A stretch of DNA of 32,395 bases from Myxococcota bacterium (GCA_041288095.1 JBGGMJ010000111.1:1-32395); one strand, 5' to 3'; positions 1 through 9,512 are shown, counted from the stretch's first letter. Notes: a model not told the origin generated them from the letters alone. Translations and numbers: made by a program.

Positions 1-2
1 GC

Positions 3-485
3 GAGCTCACAGGCAGCGCCATTCCCTGGTTCAAGATGGGGACGCTGCCCCTGCCACTCTCGAAGAACCTCGCTGTTTGGATCATGGAGTACGTGCCCGA
101 GTTCCTCGAGCGCTGGAATTCCCAGACCGGTACGCCCACGGGCGTCTCACGCGAAGCCGTGCTGCGCCGCTACGCCGCCGTCCTCAAGGACACGCAGGCG
201 ACGAAGCTCCTGCAAGAGGTCACCGGCCTCTCGCTCACCCTCAGCGCCGGCGAGCGCGATGACTTCATCGCCAAGGCGCGCGGCTTTGGTTGCACGGTCG
301 AACAGAGCGGCGAGACGATGGTCGTGCGCACCGCGAGCCAGGAGCTGCGTGTCAGCAGCGGCAGCGAGAACCGCATCACAGCGGCGCGCTTCCAGCTACG
401 CAAAAAGGTCCCGGCCGCGGAGCATCGTTTCGGCGGCACCACGCTGCGTATCGCCGCTGATGGCACCGCGACCTGGACGTTCTAG
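3..485 (+). CDS. 5'-truncated protein, possibly DUF5829 family
   Basis: Frame is open from base 3 (ELTGSAIPWFKMG...) to TAG at 485. PWF...WIMEYxPEFLERWN...GVSREAVLRRY and the terminal DGTATWTF resemble DUF5829 proteins as I recall them. Confidence 0.55.
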   Translation, partial: ELTGSAIPWFKMGTLPLPLSKNLAVWIMEYVPEFLERWNSQTGTPTGVSREAVLRRYAAVLKDTQATKLLQEVTGLSLTLSAGERDDFIAKARGFGCTVEQSGETMVVRTASQELRVSSGSENRITAARFQLRKKVPAAEHRFGGTTLRIAADGTATWTF

Positions 486-500
486 CGGACGCGCGTCTCG

Positions 501-1157
501 CTACTCGGTCTTCAGCCGGCCCTTGGCGAGCGAGAGCTTCTTGGTCTCGACGTCCTTGGTGCCTTCGCAGGTGCGGTTGATGGCGATGATGCGACCGGTT
601 TGCTTGAGCTCGGCCTTGCAGGTCTCGCCGCCAAGCACGGTGCCGGCGCGCTGCGAGTAGGTGTCGACGATCGTGTCTTCCTTGTCGCGGACGTGCGCGA
701 TCGCGAGCTGCGTGGTCTCGCCCTTGTCCCAGGTGCCGTCGAAGAGGACGACGGTGAGGGTGAAGTTGCCGCCCTTATCGACGTGCCGCTTCGCCACCTT
801 GGTCGGATTCGACGTGAGCTTGGGGCAGCCGGACGGCGCGTTCTCGACGCTCTTGCCGACGGCGGTGGGGTAGAGGGCCTGGATCACCGGGAGCACCTGC
901 CCAGCTTCGCCGTCATCGCAGACGCCGAGCACGAGCGCGGTGTGGCCGGCGGCGAGACCCTTCATGGCGTCGGCGGTGACCACTTCTGGATTGCCGGCGG
1001 TGAAAAGCTTTTCGCCGAGCTGCTTTTCGTTCTTCCAGTCTTCGAGCATTTGCTCCGCGACGAAGGACTTGCTCGCCGACACCAGGACAATGGCCGTCGA
1101 TGCGTTCGCTGTAGCGGACAAGACGGAAACCGCGATTGCGGTGATGACGCTCTTCAT
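501..1157 (-). CDS. hypothetical secreted protein (218 aa)
   Basis: Sec-type signal MKSVITAIAVSVLSATANA; GGGGGAG RBS upstream; four Cys residues. Confidence 0.8.
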   Translation of the reverse strand: MKSVITAIAVSVLSATANASTAIVLVSASKSFVAEQMLEDWKNEKQLGEKLFTAGNPEVVTADAMKGLAAGHTALVLGVCDDGEAGQVLPVIQALYPTAVGKSVENAPSGCPKLTSNPTKVAKRHVDKGGNFTLTVVLFDGTWDKGETTQLAIAHVRDKEDTIVDTYSQRAGTVLGGETCKAELKQTGRIIAINRTCEGTKDVETKKLSLAKGRLKTE

Positions 1158-1196
1158 GAATCTCCCCCTACGTAAGCTGCCCTTACTGTAAGCACG

Positions 1197-2366
1197 TTAG
1201 TAAAGCAAAGCGGCGTTGCGTCCCTGATGGTAGGTGTCCGCGCCTCGCAGCGCCGCATGCATGACGTCGTCGAACGGCGCGCTCGCCTCGATGAGCTCGC
1301 GCACGTTGGCGAAGCCGGTGAGCAAGTCGAACGCTGGTACGTCATCGCGGAATTCGTACGCGTCGTTGCGCCAGGCGAAGTCGTTGGGGTGCAGCTTGCG
1401 CAGCGCGTGGGTGATGGCGAGGCCGGTGCGATAGCTCTGAAACGTCCGGCGATCGGTGATGTGCATTTGGGCGCCACTGCAAACCTTGCCGGTGTGCTTG
1501 TCGAAGGTCGGGCGAAACGCGCAGGTGCGGAAGAAGACACCCGGGAGCTTGTAGGCTTCGAGCTCCTTGACCAGCTTCATGCTATCGACGAAGGGCGCGC
1601 CAAAATATTCGAAAGGACGCGTCGTGCCGCGGCCTTCGGAGATGTTGGTGCCCTCGAACAGGCACATGCCCGAGTAGACGAGCGCCGTGTCGACGGTGGG
1701 CATGTTCGGTGACGGCATCACCCAAGGGAGCCCGGTCGCCTCGTAGTACGTGTCGCGCTTCCAGCCTTCGCACTTCACGACCTCGAGCTCGCAGTCGATG
1801 CCGAAGCGCGTCTTGTACAAGGTCGCGAGCTCACCCACGGTCATGCCGTGGCGATGCGGCACCGCGAACAGCCCGACGAAGCTCTTCAAGTGCTCGTCGA
1901 GCCCGCCGCCCTCGACGATGGTGCCGCCGATGGGGTTCGGCCGGTCGAGCACGATCACCTTCTTGCCGGCTTTGCCGGCGGCCTGCATGCACAAGGCCAT
2001 CGTCGCGGCGTAGGTGTAATAGCGGACACCAATGTCCTGGACGTCGAACACCAAGACGTCGATGCGGTCCAGCTCCCGCGGTCGCGGCGTCAGCGATTCG
2101 AAGACCTTGCCGTAGAGCGAGGCGACCGGAATGTTGGTGCGGTCATCCTTCTCGTCGTCGACGTCGACCATGTACTGCACGTCGCCGCGGATCCCGTGCT
2201 CGGGGCCGAAAAGCTGCGCGAGCTTGACGTCGTCGCTTTCGGCCAACACATCGGCTGCGTGCTTGAGCTTGCCGTCGACGGTGGTCGGATTGCACACCAA
2301 GCCGACGCGGGCATTGCCCAGGAAACGCTTTGGATCGTCCAGTAGACGCATCAGACCGGTCTTCAT
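1197..2366 (-). CDS. namZ: exo-beta-N-acetylmuramidase NamZ (DUF1343 family)
   Basis: Motifs RVGLVCNPT, LFGPEHG, FDVQDIGVRYYTY, LDRPNP, RHGMTVGELA, PSPNMP, FEGTNISEGRGTTRPFE. Start placed at 2366 (MKTGL); 2378 is the alternative. Confidence 0.92.
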   Translation of the reverse strand: MKTGLMRLLDDPKRFLGNARVGLVCNPTTVDGKLKHAADVLAESDDVKLAQLFGPEHGIRGDVQYMVDVDDEKDDRTNIPVASLYGKVFESLTPRPRELDRIDVLVFDVQDIGVRYYTYAATMALCMQAAGKAGKKVIVLDRPNPIGGTIVEGGGLDEHLKSFVGLFAVPHRHGMTVGELATLYKTRFGIDCELEVVKCEGWKRDTYYEATGLPWVMPSPNMPTVDTALVYSGMCLFEGTNISEGRGTTRPFEYFGAPFVDSMKLVKELEAYKLPGVFFRTCAFRPTFDKHTGKVCSGAQMHITDRRTFQSYRTGLAITHALRKLHPNDFAWRNDAYEFRDDVPAFDLLTGFANVRELIEASAPFDDVMHAALRGADTYHQGRNAALLY

Positions 2367-2396
2367 GGCGGCGACCATAGTTTTTTCTCGCGAAGG

Positions 2397-2423
2397 TGTC
2401 CAAACCCCGAAGGGTCACTCGTC
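2397..2423 (+). promoter_or_regulatory. putative ECF41/ECF42-type promoter for the yciI gene
   Basis: TGTCCAA-N16-CGTC about 50 nt upstream of the YciI ATG; resembles the TGTC...CGTC consensus of these ECF groups. Confidence 0.5.
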
Positions 2424-2474
2424 ATCGGTCAAAGCACGCGATAGAGCGTTGCCGAAAGCCAAAGGAAAAAGACC

Positions 2475-2828
2475 ATGAAAGACTACGTATTGCTCTACCG
2501 AGGCGGGGATCCCAACTGGCGGTCCAAGGCTTCGCCCCAGGAAATCGGGGCCATCATGGAGAAGTGGGGCGCCTGGATGGCGAACCTGCAGAAGACCGAC
2601 CAGCTGGTCTCGGGCGGCTCGCCGCTCGAGAGCGCCGGCAAGCGTCTCACCAAGAGCGGTGAGGTGGTGACCGATATTGCCTCCAGCGAGCTCAAGGAGC
2701 TGGTGACCGGTTACTCCATCGTGCGCGCCCGCAACATCGAGGACGCGGTGGTGATCGCCAGGGCCTGTCCGATTCACCGCTTCCACGACGCTACCGTCGA
2801 GGTGCGCGAAGTCATGAAGATGAGCTAG
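2475..2828 (+). CDS. YciI/DGPF-family protein
   Basis: MKDYVLLYRGG...WGAWM...GGSPL...VVTD...KELVTGYSIVRA...A..IARACP...VEVRE; AAAGGA RBS. Confidence 0.88.
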   Translation: MKDYVLLYRGGDPNWRSKASPQEIGAIMEKWGAWMANLQKTDQLVSGGSPLESAGKRLTKSGEVVTDIASSELKELVTGYSIVRARNIEDAVVIARACPIHRFHDATVEVREVMKMS

Positions 2829-4095
2829 CAGAGCCGAGGAGGCGCTCCAGTTGCTCGTCCATCAGACGATGCTCCCGTGGAGTGCCTCCCTTGGCCTTCG
2901 CCGCCGCCGCGAGCTCACGTGCCCGCTCCGCCTTGCCCGCTTTCGCGAGCAGATGCGCGAGCGCGGCCAAAGGTAAGTGTGAGGCGCGCAAAGCGTGATG
3001 GTCGACCAGCTTTTCGATCGCCGCGATGGCCTCATGAACCTGACCTGCATAGCCGGCAGCGACCCAACGCGTGAGCTCGGCGAGTGGTGAGTCGGTGATG
3101 CGCACCAGCTCGTCATAGAGCGCGACGATGGTCGGCCAACGCGTTTCCGAGAAGCTCGCCGCCACGCAGTGCTCGCGCGCGATGCGGGCTTCCACGGGAA
3201 AGCGATCACGTCCGCCGGGCCGCGCGGCATCCATCCGCTCGAGCAGACCCTCACCGCGACGAATCCACTCCTGATTCCACAGCGAGCGGTTCTGCAAGTC
3301 GATGGGCACGGCGTAGCCCTCGGCGTCGAGCCGCGCCTGCACCCGCGCGAAATGGAAGTACATGAGCGCGAGGAGCCCGAGAGTGTCGCGGTTCGCGACC
3401 GACGGCTCATCGGCGACGAGCTTCACCAGCTGCATCGCTTCCTGACAGAGCGCGACATCGAGCGCCGACTCGGCGTCCGAGCTGTGAAAGCCCTCGTTGA
3501 ACATCAGGTAGAGCACCGTGTGCACGGCATCGAGGGTCGCGTCGCGCTGCTCGGCCGGTGGCAGCTCGAAGCGCGCTTCCGCCAGGCGTTCTTGGGTACG
3601 GGCGATGCGCTTGCGCACGGCCGCTTCGGGGAGCACCAGGGCACGCGCCACGGCTGGGATGGTGAAGCCGCACAGCGAGCGCAGCACGAAGGGGATGAGA
3701 TTTTCGCTGCCGACGTCGGAGGCGCAACAGATGACGATCATGCGCAGCTGATCGTCGTGAATACGCTCTTCGGCGAACTCCTGGTCGATGGTCGAGCCCA
3801 AGGACCATTCGCTCTCGAGGTGCTGCGTGAGGTCGGGCGCGAAGCGTACGCGTGTCTTGTTGGTGCGTACGGCGTCGATCGCTTGGTGCTTCGCGGTTTG
3901 CATGATCCAAGCGGCCGGGTTGTCAGGCACACCGGCGTCGTTCCAGTGCTCGAGCGCCTTACGAAACGCCTCCTGCAAGACGTCTTCGGCGAGCTCGATG
4001 TTGCGCAGCCCGAAGATGCGCGTGAGCACCGCGAGAATGCGCGCGGCGTGCTCCTTGTAGACGCGGTCGACGTGAGCCTGCGCGTCCCGGCTCAC
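2812..4095 (-). CDS. ECF sigma factor with C-terminal DUF6596/TPR extension (ECF42-like)
   Basis: Region 2 AEDVLQEAF..ALEHW..GVPDNPAAWIM.TAKHQAID, then DDQLRMI, region 4 HTH, VLYLMFNEG, QNRSLWN and a TPR-like tail. Confidence 0.9.
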   Translation of the reverse strand: MSRDAQAHVDRVYKEHAARILAVLTRIFGLRNIELAEDVLQEAFRKALEHWNDAGVPDNPAAWIMQTAKHQAIDAVRTNKTRVRFAPDLTQHLESEWSLGSTIDQEFAEERIHDDQLRMIVICCASDVGSENLIPFVLRSLCGFTIPAVARALVLPEAAVRKRIARTQERLAEARFELPPAEQRDATLDAVHTVLYLMFNEGFHSSDAESALDVALCQEAMQLVKLVADEPSVANRDTLGLLALMYFHFARVQARLDAEGYAVPIDLQNRSLWNQEWIRRGEGLLERMDAARPGGRDRFPVEARIAREHCVAASFSETRWPTIVALYDELVRITDSPLAELTRWVAAGYAGQVHEAIAAIEKLVDHHALRASHLPLAALAHLLAKAGKAERARELAAAAKAKGGTPREHRLMDEQLERLLGSASSSS

Positions 4096-4097
4096 GA

Positions 4098-4682
4098 TCA
4101 GTGCGGCTTGAGGGACGACGTCAGAAACTGCACGCGCTCGCGGCGAGCGTCGACATCGGTTTTGCCGTCCTGCACGAGCACCTGCGTACCGCTCGGCGCG
4201 GCCGCCGCGGACGAGCCACCGTGCAAGACGTACGACTTGACGCGCGTGTCCGCTGTAGCGAGCGGAGCCGCGAGGGCGCGCCCTTCGCCGCAGCCGACGT
4301 AGGCAAGGCGAGTCTGCGCGGCTCCGTGCTCGACGGCGAGATCCAGCGCACGCTGCACCGCCGACACGCGCTGTGATTCGTCTGCTTCTTTCGGCAGGGC
4401 GATGATGACCGAGACGGTGCCGCGGCTCGCCAGGATGAGCGCCTCGTTCGCGAACACCTGACCAGCATCGGCGGCGTCGTTTGCGTAGACGACGCCGGCG
4501 AGCTTGCCGCTCTTGTTGCGTGGCTCGATGACCGTGGCCTGGACGCGATGGCCCGCCGAATCGAACGCAACCTCTGTGACTTGCGCGCCGTTTTGTTCCC
4601 GCTGACTGACGACCTGAGCGTTCACGGACGCTCCGGTCATGGTGGCTAGCAGCAGGAACACGAGGAAGTTCATGATCTTCAT
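4098..4682 (-). CDS. secreted, degenerate alpha/beta-hydrolase-like protein
   Basis: Signal peptide; VAFDSAGHRVQATVIEP...GVVY, RLAYVGCGEG and DTRVKSYVL echo the dienelactone hydrolase/peptidase fold. Confidence 0.6.
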   Translation of the reverse strand: MKIMNFLVFLLLATMTGASVNAQVVSQREQNGAQVTEVAFDSAGHRVQATVIEPRNKSGKLAGVVYANDAADAGQVFANEALILASRGTVSVIIALPKEADESQRVSAVQRALDLAVEHGAAQTRLAYVGCGEGRALAAPLATADTRVKSYVLHGGSSAAAAPSGTQVLVQDGKTDVDARRERVQFLTSSLKPH

Positions 4683-4798
4683 GAACGCTTTACGCGCGGG
4701 CTTGCAGCGTATTTCAGCGTTTGGCGTTTTTTGCGCTCCTTTACCATGGTCGTCAACCCGTGGCAGGTTGCGCCGCCTAACAGCCCGAGATCTCGTCG

Positions 4799-6916
4799 TT
4801 GAACGCTACCCACGCAGAGGACACGGCAGAGGCCCTGTCGCCGAAAGAACGGACGGTCCTGGCCGAGGAGCTCAGGCTTCTCATGAACGTCCATGACGCC
4901 ATCGCCAAAGCACGTGGTGATGCTCTGGCCGCCCGAGACACCGAACGGCGCTCTCTGACCGGACTTACGGAGCTGCGCGAGCAAGCCGGCGAGACCTCGG
5001 CCGATGACCTCCCCACGGTCCTCCTCGACATGAGCGTTCGCCACCGGCTCCTCGAGCGCGGAGGCCGCTTCGATTTGCCCGACCCCGCGAGTCCGTACCT
5101 CGCTCACTTGCGGCTCCGTGAAGGCGACGTCGAGCGCGATTACTTGTTGGGCAGCCTCACGTTTATCGAGAGCCGTGCCAACGTCCGTGTCGTCGACTGG
5201 CGCGTCGCTCCCATCGCCCAGGTCTTCTACCGCCACCGAGAAGGTGACGCCTTCGAGCACGAGCTTCCCGAGCGCATCATAGAGGGTCGCGTCGTGGCGC
5301 GCCGCATCGTCGTCATCGAGAAGGGGGAGCTGCGCCGTGTCGTCGGCAGTGACGTCGCCATCGAATGTGACGCGAATGGCGTCTGGCGCTCGCTGTCGCG
5401 CGAAGCGCTCGAGCTCGCCGGCGGAGGGGCCCAGACCTCGGCGCGTCCTGGCATCCTGGGTGTCGGCGCCGGCCTGAAGGATCGCGTCGGCCCAGCGGAC
5501 ATCACGGCTCTGCTCGACGCCGAGCAGTACGCGGCGGTGAGCGCGCCTCCAGAAGACGCATTGCTCGTGCTCGGTAGCGCCGGCAGCGGCAAGACCACGG
5601 TCGCGTTGCATCGGTTGGCGCGCATCTGTGCCGCGCAGCCGCACAAGTATCCGCTACAGCATACAAAGGTCGTCGTGCCTGAAGAGGGTCTCGCGCGTCT
5701 GTCGCGCCGCCTCTTGTCCCCGCTGGGCGCCGGCTCCGCTCAGGTGCAGACCCTCGACGCCTGGGCCGCCGATCTCACGCAACGCATCTTCGAGCGCGAG
5801 CTCAAGCTCCACTACGACGCACCGGGCCTCGTGGTGTCGCTCAAGCGTCATCCGGAGACCTACCGCGCGTTTCGTGAACGCTTCGCCAAGCTCGACGGCG
5901 AGCGCACCACATGGCAGCGCTTGCGCCGCCTCATCGCCGAGCAGTTCAGCAACCGTGACTTCCTCACCCAGATCGTCGGTTCCGCGGCCGGCGACTTGTC
6001 CGGTCGCTGCATCGACGCGGTGATTCAACACACCATGCGCCAGCTCGCCGACGACCCACGGCGCGAGCTCTCGTTCATCACCGACGCCGATCGCCGCGAG
6101 GCTCTCGACGGCAAGCCCATCTACGAAGGGTCGCCCGAGGAAATTGCCGGCACCCTCGACGTCGAGGACTTGCCGGTGATGCTCTTCCTCAAGATCTGGC
6201 GTGCCGGTACCGGTGGCCGTCAGTACTCACAGCTCGTACTCGACGAAGCGGAGGACTTCTCGCTCTTCGAGCTCGCGGTTTTCGGTGACCTCGTCGGCAA
6301 GAAGGGCAGCGTCACGCTCGCCGGCGACGAGGCCCAGCAAACCGCCTCGAGCTTCGCCGGTTGGGACACGTCGCTCGCAACCCTCTCGAACCGCAAGGTC
6401 GCGACCTGCAAGCTCACGACCTCGTACCGCTGCCCCAAGCCGATCGCCGAGCTGGCGCGCCAGGTCCTGGGGCCGATGGCACCCGAGACGCCGCTCCTCA
6501 CTGCCCGCGATGGCGTACCCGTCAACGGCACGCACTATCCCACCGCCGAGCAGGCCCTCCTCACCTGTGTCGACGCTGTCGCCGACTTGGTCGAACGCGA
6601 GCCCAAGGCCAGCATTGCCGTCATCGCCGCCGACGCGGACGGGGCCAAGCGCTGCTACGACCTCATGCAGCACATTCCCGCGGCGCGACTCGTCGTCAAC
6701 GGCGACTTCAGCTTCGAGCCGGGGATCGACGTGACCGATGTCGACAACGTGAAGGGTCTCGAGTTCGACTACGTGGTCGTCCCAGACGCCACCGCTGCGG
6801 CCTACCCGCTCACCAACGACGCGCGCCGCCGCTTGCATGTCGCGGTGACCCGCGCCTCGCATCAGCTCTGGGTCGTGTCGGGCGGCTTGCGCACGCCAAT
6901 CCTGCGCACCGGCTAG
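4799..6916 (+). CDS. UvrD/HelD-like superfamily 1 helicase-type ATPase
   Basis: PYLAHL, VDWRVAP, Walker A GSAGSGKTTVALHR, Walker B VLDEAED, GDEAQ, SYR, KGLEFD, VAVTRA. The TTG start is uncertain. Confidence 0.88.
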   Translation: MNATHAEDTAEALSPKERTVLAEELRLLMNVHDAIAKARGDALAARDTERRSLTGLTELREQAGETSADDLPTVLLDMSVRHRLLERGGRFDLPDPASPYLAHLRLREGDVERDYLLGSLTFIESRANVRVVDWRVAPIAQVFYRHREGDAFEHELPERIIEGRVVARRIVVIEKGELRRVVGSDVAIECDANGVWRSLSREALELAGGGAQTSARPGILGVGAGLKDRVGPADITALLDAEQYAAVSAPPEDALLVLGSAGSGKTTVALHRLARICAAQPHKYPLQHTKVVVPEEGLARLSRRLLSPLGAGSAQVQTLDAWAADLTQRIFERELKLHYDAPGLVVSLKRHPETYRAFRERFAKLDGERTTWQRLRRLIAEQFSNRDFLTQIVGSAAGDLSGRCIDAVIQHTMRQLADDPRRELSFITDADRREALDGKPIYEGSPEEIAGTLDVEDLPVMLFLKIWRAGTGGRQYSQLVLDEAEDFSLFELAVFGDLVGKKGSVTLAGDEAQQTASSFAGWDTSLATLSNRKVATCKLTTSYRCPKPIAELARQVLGPMAPETPLLTARDGVPVNGTHYPTAEQALLTCVDAVADLVEREPKASIAVIAADADGAKRCYDLMQHIPAARLVVNGDFSFEPGIDVTDVDNVKGLEFDYVVVPDATAAAYPLTNDARRRLHVAVTRASHQLWVVSGGLRTPILRTG

Positions 6917-7569
6917 TTGCGGACGGTCGACCAGCTGCGCACGCCACTGAGCGGCTTGCCCTGGGTGCGTATGAGGTAGCTGCAATCGACGCTCGCGGTC
7001 GTCGCCGGAATCTCGCCCATGTCCACCGGCGAATCACCGAGCGTCGTGGCCCGGCACATCCGCGCGCCATCCACCATGCACTCGTAGCCGATGACCGCCT
7101 CGCCCCGCGGATCGTAGCCAACCATGCCGATGCTCACCTGACCGCACTTCTGCACGAACGTGGGCGCGGTGAGCTTGCTGACCACGCGACCGTTGCCGGC
7201 GTAGCGCGTGATCGAGAAATCGTAGGCGTTGTGGCCGGCCCAGCAATCGATGCCGGGAAAGCGGTCGGGAGCGAGCGATGCGCCGTCGGGGCAGGGCAGA
7301 TCGGTGCGATTGCCGTCGTGGTCGATCATGATGACGCGCCTGTGAGCGTCATCGCGGACGGCGGTGTTCTGGCCGAAGCTCAGGTAGTAGACCTCTCGCC
7401 CTTCGGCGATGGTCTCGCCGCGCCATCTCACAGTCACCGACGGCTCAATCGAGATGATGCCGGAGATCCCCGATTTGACGGTGGCCTCGAGTCGATCGGT
7501 CAACAAGACGCTGCGCTCCTCGCGGCAACCCGCGAGGGCGAGCAAGACGATGGGCCAGTGCTTAAGCAA
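6913..7569 (-). CDS. hypothetical lipoprotein
   Basis: Lipobox LALAGC; several Cys; start overlaps the stop of the upstream MgtC gene. Confidence 0.7.
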   Translation of the reverse strand: MLKHWPIVLLALAGCREERSVLLTDRLEATVKSGISGIISIEPSVTVRWRGETIAEGREVYYLSFGQNTAVRDDAHRRVIMIDHDGNRTDLPCPDGASLAPDRFPGIDCWAGHNAYDFSITRYAGNGRVVSKLTAPTFVQKCGQVSIGMVGYDPRGEAVIGYECMVDGARMCRATTLGDSPVDMGEIPATTASVDCSYLIRTQGKPLSGVRSWSTVRN

Positions 7570-8845
7570 TGATCAGAGCTACGACACCGGCGCCTATGAC
7601 TGCAATCGCGGCTAACAAGAATCGCCATCCCAGGGCGCGTCCGCCGAGCCAGGTGGCCATGCCGACCTTGGACAGAGTGTTGACCATCGCGGCGATCGCC
7701 ACGGCGGTGGTCGCCATCCCGGCCTCCATGCCTTCGCGGTGCATGGTCGCGGCGCTCAGCATGATGCCGTCGACGTCGGCGATACCGGTGAGGGCCGCCG
7801 TGCCGTAGAAGCCGCGCGCGCCGAAGGCCTCGTTGGCCCAGCGCGTGAGCAGCACGACCGCGGTGATGACGAGACCTACGGTGACCGCGGAGCGCAGCTC
7901 GAATGGATTGTGGAGCTTCAGATCCTTGCCGTCTCGAGCGGTGCTGCGTGAACGGCGAAACGAAAAGACGGCGATGCCGGCGCTGACCACGGCCATGGCG
8001 ACGAACGGCGGTGCGAGGCTCGGCACCAAGCTCGCGTCCATCACCGCGATGACCACGATGACGCGGATGAACATGCTGCCGCCGGCCGCCACCACCGCCG
8101 CGAGGGCCGGATACAGCGCCTTTTCATTTTCGCGCACGCGCCCAGAGAGGCTCACGGTCACCGCGGTCGACGATGCGAGACCGCCCAACGCACCTGTGAG
8201 CAGGAGCGCGCGATCGGCGCTGATGAAGCGTGTCGCGAAGTAGCCCACGAAGCTGATGCCCGCGATGAGGGCGACCATCAGGCCAATCTTGAAGGGATTG
8301 ATTGCCTGGTACGGGCCGAAACCCTCGTTCGGCAACAGTGGCAGGACGATGAGCGCCAGCAAGACGAACTTCGCGCTGGCATACATGTCGTCGAGCGACA
8401 GCTTGCGGACCGCGTCGTGCAACGGCTCCTTCACCGAGAGCAGCGACATCAGGCCGCCCGCTATAGCGGGCACGAGCAGCAGACGGTGGTGCACCGCGAG
8501 CTCGCCAACCGGCATGGTCGCGAGCACACCGAGCAGGTAGGTGACCACGGCGGCGATCTCGCTGGTGATGCCGGAACCCTGGCGCGTCTCGACCTCGTGG
8601 TAGTGACTGATGGCGAGCAGCACGCCGATCACGAGGATGCCGGCGACGACGATCCATGGCCCCAGCGCCTGCGCGAGCAGCCCAGCGAGGGCGCCCGCGA
8701 GGCAAATCGCCGGATAGGTGCGGACGCCTCCGAAGCCATTTCCGGTGCCGGCGCGTGCTTGCTCGCGCTCGATGCCGATGACGGCTCCGGCGGCCACGGC
8801 GATGAGCATGCCGAGCATGGCTTGTGAGAAGGGCGTGTCGAACAT
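7562..8845 (-). CDS. MgtC/SapB-family membrane protein with DUF4010
   Basis: GAVIGIERE, GGVRTY, GITSEIAA, LPLLPN, GGLASSTAVT, NPFELRSA, GIADVD; many transmembrane segments. Confidence 0.9.
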   Translation of the reverse strand: MFDTPFSQAMLGMLIAVAAGAVIGIEREQARAGTGNGFGGVRTYPAICLAGALAGLLAQALGPWIVVAGILVIGVLLAISHYHEVETRQGSGITSEIAAVVTYLLGVLATMPVGELAVHHRLLLVPAIAGGLMSLLSVKEPLHDAVRKLSLDDMYASAKFVLLALIVLPLLPNEGFGPYQAINPFKIGLMVALIAGISFVGYFATRFISADRALLLTGALGGLASSTAVTVSLSGRVRENEKALYPALAAVVAAGGSMFIRVIVVIAVMDASLVPSLAPPFVAMAVVSAGIAVFSFRRSRSTARDGKDLKLHNPFELRSAVTVGLVITAVVLLTRWANEAFGARGFYGTAALTGIADVDGIMLSAATMHREGMEAGMATTAVAIAAMVNTLSKVGMATWLGGRALGWRFLLAAIAVIGAGVVALIIA

Positions 8846-8902
8846 CGCGTATCCTATCGGGTCAGGAAGATACGGAAGACACGCCGCCCCGATTCCGCAA
8901 GG

Positions 8903-9463
8903 TCAGCGCTTGGACAGGATGATCTGACCAGGCCGATCGGTGTCGCCTCGTAAACGGCGGAGCTGCCACAGTGCTTGCGCCGTCGAAGTGCGCGCGTCGA
9001 AGCTCGAGAGCCATTCAGCGCGGGCGGCGTTGCGTCGCGCGGCGCTACGCGCGGTTTGCTCGGCGCGTGCATCGCGCTCGGTCTCGGCGGTGATGGTCCT
9101 GAGGACACGGTCGGGGTTCGCGCTGACACCGCGGATCTCGGCGTCGACGAGCGGGCGCAAGGCGCGTTGCTCGCTCTCGAGAGCTTGAGTGGCGCGGACA
9201 GAGCGTCCACGCGCGCGCGCCAAGGCGAAGACCATGTCGTTGGTGACGGGCTGCCCGCGCAAAGGGGCGAGCTGCATGTTGCCTTCGAGAGCAGCGACAT
9301 CCTCATCGGCTGCGCGCTTCTCCTCGTGGAGACCTCTGACGCGCTCACCGTAGAGGCCATCGACGCGGCTCGCGACCTCGACGAGGTTGGTGGCCATCGC
9401 TTCGATTTGAGCGCTGTTGTAGTGGCCAAAATGCCCCGGCGGCGCACGGGTAACAGAAGTCAT
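8903..9463 (-). CDS. hypothetical helical protein without signal peptide (186 aa)
   Basis: Fills the gap between flanking genes; Ala/Arg/Glu-rich helical composition; sigma28-like motif 7 nt upstream of the ATG. Confidence 0.65.
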   Translation of the reverse strand: MTSVTRAPPGHFGHYNSAQIEAMATNLVEVASRVDGLYGERVRGLHEEKRAADEDVAALEGNMQLAPLRGQPVTNDMVFALARARGRSVRATQALESEQRALRPLVDAEIRGVSANPDRVLRTITAETERDARAEQTARSAARRNAARAEWLSSFDARTSTAQALWQLRRLRGDTDRPGQIILSKR

Positions 9464-9470
9464 ACCGAGA

Positions 9471-9497
9471 GTTTCGGCAGAATTTCGTGTTTGGTGC
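9471..9497 (-). promoter_or_regulatory. sigma28/FliA-like promoter (leaderless)
   Basis: GCACC-N14-GCCGAAAC-N7-ATG on the minus strand. Confidence 0.55.
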
Positions 9498-9512
9498 GCG
9501 CCGGGGCACCGA

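Noticed and set aside
2429..2458. GCCGAAAG upstream of yciI as another sigma28-like site
   Set aside because: No RCAMC at 14-15 nt spacing; an ECF-type motif explains this promoter better.
6913..6916. Convergent genes sharing CTAG stop overlaps (also 23036-23039)
   Set aside because: An ordinary feature of compact genomes.
8854..8861. CCCGATAG upstream of MgtC as a sigma28-like -10
   Set aside because: No matching -35; it overlaps a TAGGAT sigma70-like -10.
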